Assembly (NCBI GenBank): GCA_964542865.1
Contig: CAZIVU010000010.1
Span: 1 to 15,480, forward strand
Source of the DNA: an uncultured bacterium
GTDB taxonomy: Bacteria; Aquificota; Aquificia; Desulfurobacteriales; Desulfurobacteriaceae
DNA length: 15,480 nt
Reading direction: 5' to 3'
Shown: positions 9,729 to 15,480 of the stretch, one piece after another
Numbering within the stretch: the first letter of the stretch is position 1
Layout: each line of letters starts with the position of its first letter
Made by a program: the position numbers and the translations under genes
Notes under the pieces: generated by a model
What the model was told of the DNA's origin: nothing
The model's input: the letters and a program-made list of their open reading frames with translations, nothing else
Database searches by the model: none

Positions 9729-10980
9729 TCCTCTCTCTCCTTATATCCGCTCCGAGTTTTGACAGCTTCTCCTCCAGCCTCTCATATCCCCTGTCAAGGT
9801 GGTATATCCTGTAAACCTCTGTCGTGTTCTCGGCGGCAAGCCCCGCTATCACAAGGGATGCACTTGCCCTGAGGTCTGTCGCCATCACCTTAGCCCCTAC
9901 AAGCCTGTCAACCCCCTTCACAAAGGCGGAGTTCCCCTCAACCTTTATGTTCGCTCCGAGCCTCTGGAGCTCAAGGGCATGCATAAACCTGTTCTCAAAA
10001 ACGGTCTCCTTAATTATAGATGTTCCATCTGCAAGGCACATTGCAGCCATGAACTGTGCCTGCATGTCCGTGGGGAATCCCGGGTACACCTGCGTTATGA
10101 TGTCGGAGGAGGTAAGCCTTCCCCCTTTCCTGACAAAAGCCCTGTCCCCCTCAACTTTTATCTCCATTCCCGTCTCGATGAACTTGTCGATTACGCTCTC
10201 CATAATTGCTGAGGGGAAGTTCTCAATGACTACCTCACCCCCCGCCGTTGCAACGGCAGCTATGAGCGTTCCTGCCTCTATCCTGTCGGGCATAACCCTG
10301 TGCCTTATGGGACCTACAGAACCTGTTCCCGTTATCTCGATGGTGTCGGAACCTTCCCCCTCTATCTCGGCTCCTGCCGATTTCAGGGCAGAGATGAGGT
10401 CTGAGATTTCAGGTTCCCTTGCCGCGTTCCTTATGACGGTCTTCCCCTTTGCAAGCACGGCTGCCATTATGAGGTTCTCCGTTCCCCCAACTGTCGGAAA
10501 GTCAAGGTATATCTCTGCTCCCCTCAGCCCCCCTTCAGCCTCAGCGATAACGTAACCGTGCTCAATCCTTATATCAGCTCCCATCATTGAAAGCCCCTTC
10601 AGGTGGAGGTCAATGGGCCTTGCACCTATGGCGCATCCCCCAGGAAGGGATACCTTTGCTCTCCTGTACCTTGAAAGGAGAGGACCGAGACAGAGGATTG
10701 AGGCTCTCATCGTCTTCACAAGCTCGTACTCAGCCTCGGGCTTGATTTCCCCCGACTTCCACAGCTTCAGCCTCTTACCCTCCCGAACGCCCTCAATCCC
10801 CATCCCCTTCAGAAGTCTCAGTGCAGTAGCCGTATCCGTGAGGTCTGGCACGTTCTCGATAACGCTCTCACCGTCTGAGAGGATCGCTGAGAAGATTATG
10901 GGAAGGCTTGAGTTCTTTGAACCAGAAACCGAGACCTTCCCCCTTAACGGTCTTCCCCCTTTAATCACGAACTTTTCCAT
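9712..10980 (-). CDS. murA: UDP-N-acetylglucosamine 1-carboxyvinyltransferase
   Basis: 422 aa. The N-terminus is FVIKGGRPLRGKVSVSGSKNSSLPI. The active-site loop LPGGCAIGARPIDLHL carries the catalytic Cys and matches E. coli PGGCAIGARPVDLHI. The 3' end overlaps the hisG start by 17 bp. Confidence 0.93.
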   Translation of the reverse strand: MEKFVIKGGRPLRGKVSVSGSKNSSLPIIFSAILSDGESVIENVPDLTDTATALRLLKGMGIEGVREGKRLKLWKSGEIKPEAEYELVKTMRASILCLGPLLSRYRRAKVSLPGGCAIGARPIDLHLKGLSMMGADIRIEHGYVIAEAEGGLRGAEIYLDFPTVGGTENLIMAAVLAKGKTVIRNAAREPEISDLISALKSAGAEIEGEGSDTIEITGTGSVGPIRHRVMPDRIEAGTLIAAVATAGGEVVIENFPSAIMESVIDKFIETGMEIKVEGDRAFVRKGGRLTSSDIITQVYPGFPTDMQAQFMAAMCLADGTSIIKETVFENRFMHALELQRLGANIKVEGNSAFVKGVDRLVGAKVMATDLRASASLVIAGLAAENTTEVYRIYHLDRGYERLEEKLSKLGADIRRERSELLY

Positions 10981-11837
10981 CAGCTCTCCTTAAAACCCAT
11001 AGCAACCCTTTCAATCCCGCTTAAATCCTTGAAAATCTTTATCCCTGAAAAACCAGCCTTCTTGAGTATCTCAACCACCCTGCCGGACTGCCCTATGCCG
11101 AACTCAAGGCTTATGAAACCGCCCCTTCTCAGTTTCCTGTAAGCCTGAAAGGAGAGCCTCTCTATCAGCTCAAGCCCGGTTCTCCCTCCAAACAGGGCAG
11201 GGTGAGGCTCATACTTTACGACATTTTCCTCAACCTTTCTATCTCCAAGGGGTATGTAGGGAGGGTTTGAAACAACAACGTCCATTTCCCCCTTTACGCC
11301 CTCAAGGAGGTCGCTCTTTATGAAATCAACCCTGCATCCAAGCTCCTCAGCGTTCTCCCTTGCAACCTCAAGGCTGACGTCGGAGATGTCCGTTCCTATA
11401 AACCTCGCACCCTCCACATCAACGTTCCTGCAGATAGAGATAACGATACAGCCGCTGCCGGTTCCAACATCAACCAATGTAAGGCTTTCCCTGTACCTCC
11501 TGCCTATCTCGTCCACCGTTTTCTCAACGAGTATCTCCGTTTCAGGCCTCGGTATAAGCACCCCCTTCCTGACCTTGAACCTCAAACCGTAGAAGTCCTT
11601 GTACCCAACTATGTAAGCAACAGGTTCCCCCTTTGCCCTCCTGCTAATCAACCTCCTGTACCTTTCAACCTCCTCCTCTGTGAGGGGCCTGTCATAGTTC
11701 GTGTAAACCTTAACCCTGTTGTCCCACCCGAGGGCATGGCACATGAGGATTTCCGCGTCAAGCCTCGGTGTCTTTATCCCCCTCTCCGAGAGGATTTCAG
11801 ATGCCCTTCTGACGAGGGACAGAACGGTCCACTTCAT
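10980..11837 (-). CDS. prmC: Release-factor glutamine N5-methyltransferase PrmC (HemK). I prefer the ATG start at 11837; the track GTG at 11882 adds 15 aa.
   Basis: The SAM-binding motif LVDVGTGSGCI and the catalytic NPPY (VVVSNPPYIP) are present. The stop shares one nucleotide with the murA ATG (TGATG). Choosing 11837 leaves a 36-bp divergent intergenic region with birA. Confidence 0.83.
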   Translation of the reverse strand: MKWTVLSLVRRASEILSERGIKTPRLDAEILMCHALGWDNRVKVYTNYDRPLTEEEVERYRRLISRRAKGEPVAYIVGYKDFYGLRFKVRKGVLIPRPETEILVEKTVDEIGRRYRESLTLVDVGTGSGCIVISICRNVDVEGARFIGTDISDVSLEVARENAEELGCRVDFIKSDLLEGVKGEMDVVVSNPPYIPLGDRKVEENVVKYEPHPALFGGRTGLELIERLSFQAYRKLRRGGFISLEFGIGQSGRVVEILKKAGFSGIKIFKDLSGIERVAMGFKES

Positions 11838-11873
11838 GGTTAAATTATAAGTTATAATCCCCCTGGAGGCGAT

Positions 11874-12593
11874 TTGAGGCACGTAAGGAGAGTTATCTTC
11901 CTTGATGAGGTTAACTCAACCAACGACTACCTTAAAAGGGTTCCCTTGGAGCACGGGCTCTGCGTCGTTGCAGAAAGTCAGACGAGGGGAAGGGGAAGGA
12001 GGGGGAAATCGTGGTTGTCGATAAGGGGAAAGGGGCTTTACCTCTCCATCCTCCTGAAAAAGCCTCCCCTCAGGAACCTCGGAACCCTTAGCCTCTCCCT
12101 CGGCGTTGCAGTTGTGAGGGCTCTGAATGAGCTAAAGAACATCTTCTACCTTAAGTGGCCCAACGACATCTACGCCAACGGGAAGAAGGTTGCAGGCATA
12201 CTTCCGGAAGTTCAGAGGGACAGGGTTGTGGCAGGAATCGGGGTAAACCTCTACCACACCGTTGAGGAGCTCTCGGGCATAGACCAGCCATCAACATCGC
12301 TCCTCATTGAGGGGATAAACGTTGAAAGGATGGACTTGATCAGAAGGCTTACAGGTTCACTTGACCTTTACATCGACAGGGTTTTCAAGGGAAGGTTTGA
12401 GGTTGATGAGTATGAGAGGCTCTGCCCCATGATCGGTAAGGATGTCGTCGTCAGGGAGGGGAACGGAGATTATACGGGGGTATGTCTTGGCGTGGACTCA
12501 GAAGGGTGCCTTATAGTTGACACCGGCTCATCGGTAAAGAGGCTTTTCTCATCCGAGGTGAGCGTAAGGGTGTATAATAGGGCATCCAGATAG
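11874..12593 (+). CDS. birA: Biotin--[acetyl-CoA-carboxylase] ligase, group I (no N-terminal DNA-binding domain)
   Basis: 239 aa. The biotin-binding motif GRGRRGKSW (E. coli GRGRRGRKW) is present, followed by KWPNDIY and a KKVAGIL region. TTG start with GGAGG (11865-11869) 4 nt upstream. Confidence 0.8.
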   Translation: MRHVRRVIFLDEVNSTNDYLKRVPLEHGLCVVAESQTRGRGRRGKSWLSIRGKGLYLSILLKKPPLRNLGTLSLSLGVAVVRALNELKNIFYLKWPNDIYANGKKVAGILPEVQRDRVVAGIGVNLYHTVEELSGIDQPSTSLLIEGINVERMDLIRRLTGSLDLYIDRVFKGRFEVDEYERLCPMIGKDVVVREGNGDYTGVCLGVDSEGCLIVDTGSSVKRLFSSEVSVRVYNRASR

Positions 12594-12606
12594 CGGTGGG
12601 GAGTTT

Positions 12607-14142
12607 ATGAAGAGCTTAAAGTTCAGGATAGCTGTAGTCCTTATAGCGCTTTTTGGTTCGCTCTACGCGCTTTTCACAAAGCCCGTTAACTTCGGGCTTG
12701 ACCTTCAGGGAGGAACGCACCTCGTCCTTCAGGTTGACATAGAGAAGGCGCTTCAGGATGAGGCATCCTCCCTCATGAGGGACATCAGGAACAGCCTGCT
12801 CGATAAGGGAGTACAGGTTCTCAGTATTGAGAGAAAGGGAAAGGACGTATACGTAAAGCTCCTTGACCCCGAGGATGTCCGGAAGGCTGTAAAGCTCATT
12901 GAGGATGATTTCAAGCAGTTCAACGTTAAGGTTTCCGGCACAGATATATCCCTCTCCTTCAAGAGGAAGTTCATCGCAGATGAGGTTGACAGGCTTGCCG
13001 AACAGGCACTTGAGACGATAAGGAACAGGGTTGATGAGCTTGGGGTTGCCGAACCTGTTATCGTGAGGAACGGGAAGGACAGGATAATCGTTGAGCTTCC
13101 CGGCGTCAAAGACCCTGACAGGGCAAAGAAGATAATCGGAAGGGTTGCAAAGCTTGAGTTCATGGAGGTTGTTGACGTTGCAAACTCCAAGGATGAGCTC
13201 ATCCAGAAGCAGGGCGGGAAAATCCCCGAGGACTGCAAGGTTCTGGTTCAGGACCTGAAGAACAAAGAGGGAAAGGTTGTTGGCCACAGGTACTACCTCG
13301 TTAAGAAGGAGCCAATCCTTACAGGGGCTTACCTGAAGAATGCATACCCGAGCACGGATGAGTACGGCATGCCGGCTGTCAGCTTTGAGCTTAACGGTGA
13401 GGGAGCAAGGATTTTCTCGGATTACTCGGGAAAGCACGTGGGAACAAGGCTTGCGATAGTCCTTGACGATAAGGTTCAGTCTGCTCCGGTTATCAGGTCA
13501 AGGATTGGAGCGAGGGGACAGATAACGGGACAGTTCACCTATCAGGAGGCAAAGGACCTGTCCATCGTTCTCAGGGCTGGAGCCCTTCCCGCTCCCGTCA
13601 GGTTCATAGAGGAGACAACGGTCGGTCCGTCGCTCGGGAAGGAATCGGTTGAAAGGGGAGTGAAGTCGGGCATTGCCGGGCTTATCCTTGTCATGCTCTT
13701 CATGATCGTCTACTACAGGTTCTCGGGCTTCATAGCCGACCTTGCCCTCGGGATGAACGTTATACTGCTATGGGCTGCCCTCGGAACGTTGGGGGCAACG
13801 TTAACGCTCCCGGGAATCGCCGGGTACATACTGACGATAGGCATGGCCGTTGACGCCAACGTCATAATCTTTGAGAGGATAAGGGAGGAGCTGAGAAAGG
13901 GGAGGATGCTCCTGTCGGCGGTTGAGGCCGGTTTCTCAACCGCATGGGGAACGATCGTTGACGCCAACGTGACGACGATTGCAGCCGCAGCCGTCCTCTT
14001 TCAGTTCGGAACGGGTCCCATCAAGGGGTTTGCCGTTACCCTTTCGCTCGGCATCCTGTCAAGCATGTTTACAGCGGTGTTCGTTACAAAGGTCATCCTT
14101 GACGTTATCGTAAACTACAGGCAGAAACTGTTCAGCATCTGA
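12607..14142 (+). CDS. secD: Protein translocase subunit SecD
   Basis: 511 aa. It has an N-terminal TM helix followed by GLDLQGGTHLVLQVD, a large periplasmic domain and six C-terminal TM helices (IVDANVTTIAAAAVLFQFGTGPIKGFAVTLSLGI). SD GGTGGGGAG upstream of the ATG. Confidence 0.93.
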   Translation: MKSLKFRIAVVLIALFGSLYALFTKPVNFGLDLQGGTHLVLQVDIEKALQDEASSLMRDIRNSLLDKGVQVLSIERKGKDVYVKLLDPEDVRKAVKLIEDDFKQFNVKVSGTDISLSFKRKFIADEVDRLAEQALETIRNRVDELGVAEPVIVRNGKDRIIVELPGVKDPDRAKKIIGRVAKLEFMEVVDVANSKDELIQKQGGKIPEDCKVLVQDLKNKEGKVVGHRYYLVKKEPILTGAYLKNAYPSTDEYGMPAVSFELNGEGARIFSDYSGKHVGTRLAIVLDDKVQSAPVIRSRIGARGQITGQFTYQEAKDLSIVLRAGALPAPVRFIEETTVGPSLGKESVERGVKSGIAGLILVMLFMIVYYRFSGFIADLALGMNVILLWAALGTLGATLTLPGIAGYILTIGMAVDANVIIFERIREELRKGRMLLSAVEAGFSTAWGTIVDANVTTIAAAAVLFQFGTGPIKGFAVTLSLGILSSMFTAVFVTKVILDVIVNYRQKLFSI

Positions 14143-14150
14143 GGGGTTTG

Positions 14151-15023
14151 ATGAAGGGGTTTAACTTTATAGGAAGAAGGTACATAGCCTACGCCTTCTC
14201 GCTTCTCCTCATTCTGGGCTCGTGGGGTTACGGGCTGGTGAAGGGTCCAAAGTTCGGTATAGACTTCACAGGCGGTGTTCTCGTTCAGGCAAAGTTCTCA
14301 ACAAAGGTAAACACAGACCTTATCAGGAAAGCCTTTAAGGGAAAGGTCGAGGGCGTCTCCGTCCAGAACATGCAGTCCGAAGATGAGTTCCTCATTAAAG
14401 CCCCGGTCAAGGGAGACCCTAACAGCGTCGTCTCAGCCCTTAAAAGGACGCTCGTTGAGAAGTTCAGGGACAGGGTTGAGATAAGAAGGGTTGAGATGAT
14501 TGGTCCCACAATTGGGAAGGAGCTGAAAAGGAAGGGGATACTTGCAGTCTTTTACGCCCTCATTGCCATTCTCATCTACGTAGCCTGGAGGTTTGAGCTC
14601 ATATTTGCCGTTACGTCCGTCGTTGCGCTTTTTCACGATGCCCTGATAACCATCGGGATGATGATGGTAACGGGAAGGGAGTTCAGCCTCCCTGTGATAG
14701 CGGCAATCCTGACCGTCATAGGTTACTCAATAAACGATACCATCGTTGTTTTTGACAGGATAAGGGAGAACATGAGGGTTCTCCTTGGGAGGAAGCCCTT
14801 CCCCGATATAGCGAACGAGAGCATTAACCAGACGCTCTCAAGGACGGTAATCACATCTCTGACAACCTTCTTCGTCGTTCTCTGCCTCTTCCTCTTCGGG
14901 GGAGGTGTTATCAACGATTTCTCGTTTGCCCTCCTCGTCGGGATCGCCATCGGGACCTACTCCTCGATATTCATTGCAAGCTCCCTTGCAGTTGACTGGT
15001 ATAGAGTGAAAAAGAGGAAATGA
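14151..15023 (+). CDS. secF: Protein translocase subunit SecF. I use the ATG at 14151; the track begins at TTG 14148.
   Basis: It has FGIDFTGGVLVQAKF and the SecF core membrane motifs (AILTVIGYSINDTIVVFDRIRE). GAGGGG lies 4 nt upstream of the ATG at 14151. Confidence 0.9.
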   Translation: MKGFNFIGRRYIAYAFSLLLILGSWGYGLVKGPKFGIDFTGGVLVQAKFSTKVNTDLIRKAFKGKVEGVSVQNMQSEDEFLIKAPVKGDPNSVVSALKRTLVEKFRDRVEIRRVEMIGPTIGKELKRKGILAVFYALIAILIYVAWRFELIFAVTSVVALFHDALITIGMMMVTGREFSLPVIAAILTVIGYSINDTIVVFDRIRENMRVLLGRKPFPDIANESINQTLSRTVITSLTTFFVVLCLFLFGGGVINDFSFALLVGIAIGTYSSIFIASSLAVDWYRVKKRK

Positions 15024-15480
15024 AGGTAATCCACAGGTATATCTTGACCGAGACCTTAAAGGTATTCACCATCACACTTGCGGCTTTCATCTTCATCCTC
15101 CTGCTCGATAGAGCCTCAATAATTGCACAGACCGTTTTGGGTCAGGGCATCCCGCTCTCCGAATTTCTCAAGCTGCTGATAAAGGTAATCCCTTCTTTCC
15201 TCGGCATTACCATCCCCATGTCGCTGACGTTTTCGGTAATCATCGTTCTCTTCAGGCTCTCAAACAGCAACGAGATAGTTGCCCTGAAGGCGTGCGGGGT
15301 TAACCTCAAGGAGCTTTACAGGCCGATACTCTACCTCACGGCTATCCTCACAGCTTTCACGTTTTACTCGCTCATGTTCCTCATGCCGGAGAGCAACGTT
15401 TCACTTAAAAAGCAGATAACCGACATAGTCAAGAGGAAGATTACGCTTAACGTCAGCTCTGAGAGCTTCATAACGAACTT
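15020..15480 (+). CDS. LPS-export ABC transporter permease, LptF/LptG (YjgP/YjgQ) family. It is 3'-partial, runs off the window and is absent from the ORF track.
   Basis: The frame is open from ATG 15020 to the window end (153 codons). The ATG overlaps the secF TGA (ATGA). The N-terminus MKVIHRYILTETLKVFTITLAAFIFILLLD parallels LptF MIIIRYLVRETLKSQ / LptG VLDRYIGK, and a conserved region follows (VIIVLFRLSNSNEIVALKACGVN, compare LptF LGKLYTESEITVMHACGLS). Confidence 0.72.
   Translation, partial: MKVIHRYILTETLKVFTITLAAFIFILLLDRASIIAQTVLGQGIPLSEFLKLLIKVIPSFLGITIPMSLTFSVIIVLFRLSNSNEIVALKACGVNLKELYRPILYLTAILTAFTFYSLMFLMPESNVSLKKQITDIVKRKITLNVSSESFITN

Noticed and set aside
9824-10555. 243-aa plus-strand ORF antisense to murA, with its low-complexity neighbour 9799..10212
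   Set aside because: It is a low-complexity product rich in S, P and A with no start context, and it overlaps the unmistakable murA gene. It is a shadow ORF.
12573-12578. TATAAT hexamer near the 3' end of birA, a possible internal promoter for secD
   Set aside because: There is no -35-like element at 16-19 bp spacing. A single hexamer is expected by chance, so I did not call it.
12616-13437. 273-aa minus-strand ORF antisense to secD
   Set aside because: It is entirely inside the strongly supported secD gene. Its composition (runs of L, P and S, no recognisable motifs) is what reverse-reading AGG/AAG/GAG-rich codons produces. It is a shadow ORF.

Overview
This 15.5-kb window is densely packed with bacterial housekeeping genes and has almost no intergenic space (the largest gap is about 98 bp). 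The codon bias (AGG, AAG, GAG, GGG) suggests a thermophilic Gram-negative bacterium of Aquificota type; this is inferred from codon usage alone. I support 16 protein-coding genes and found no rRNA, tRNA, CRISPR array or mobile element.

Gene order, left to right:
- A chorismate-utilising enzyme (PabB/TrpE family), cut at the left edge, on the + strand.
- A minus-strand operon with overlapping start/stop codons: phoU, then an SPFH (band-7) protein, then a solitary ABC-3 (ZnuB-like) permease.
- A 61-aa stand-alone winged-helix ORF on the + strand, converging on a GGCT/AIG2-like gene.
- A minus-strand string: a YcgR-like PilZ c-di-GMP receptor, translationally coupled to gyrB, followed by the GGCT-like gene.
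- A minus-strand block of overlapping, functionally unrelated genes: prmC, murA, hisG, argD.
- A divergent plus-strand block: birA, secD, secF, and an lptF/lptG-family permease cut at the right edge. The ORF track missed this last gene because it has no stop codon inside the window.

The most interesting leads are:
- The PilZ receptor welded to gyrB, with an N-terminal helical sensor-like domain.
- The PhoU/SPFH/ABC-3 permease operon with no pst genes nearby.
- The small winged-helix ORF with a strong ribosome-binding site.

Most of the other track ORFs are antisense shadow ORFs produced by the codon bias.

The printed sequence and the ORF-track coordinates disagree by one base between roughly 2751 and 3601 (an apparent extra c at about 2880-2881); they agree again at 2751, 3601-3646 and 6742. 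I used the track coordinates throughout, so coordinates I counted by hand in that stretch (e.g. the 3670-3677 palindrome) may be off by one or two bases.
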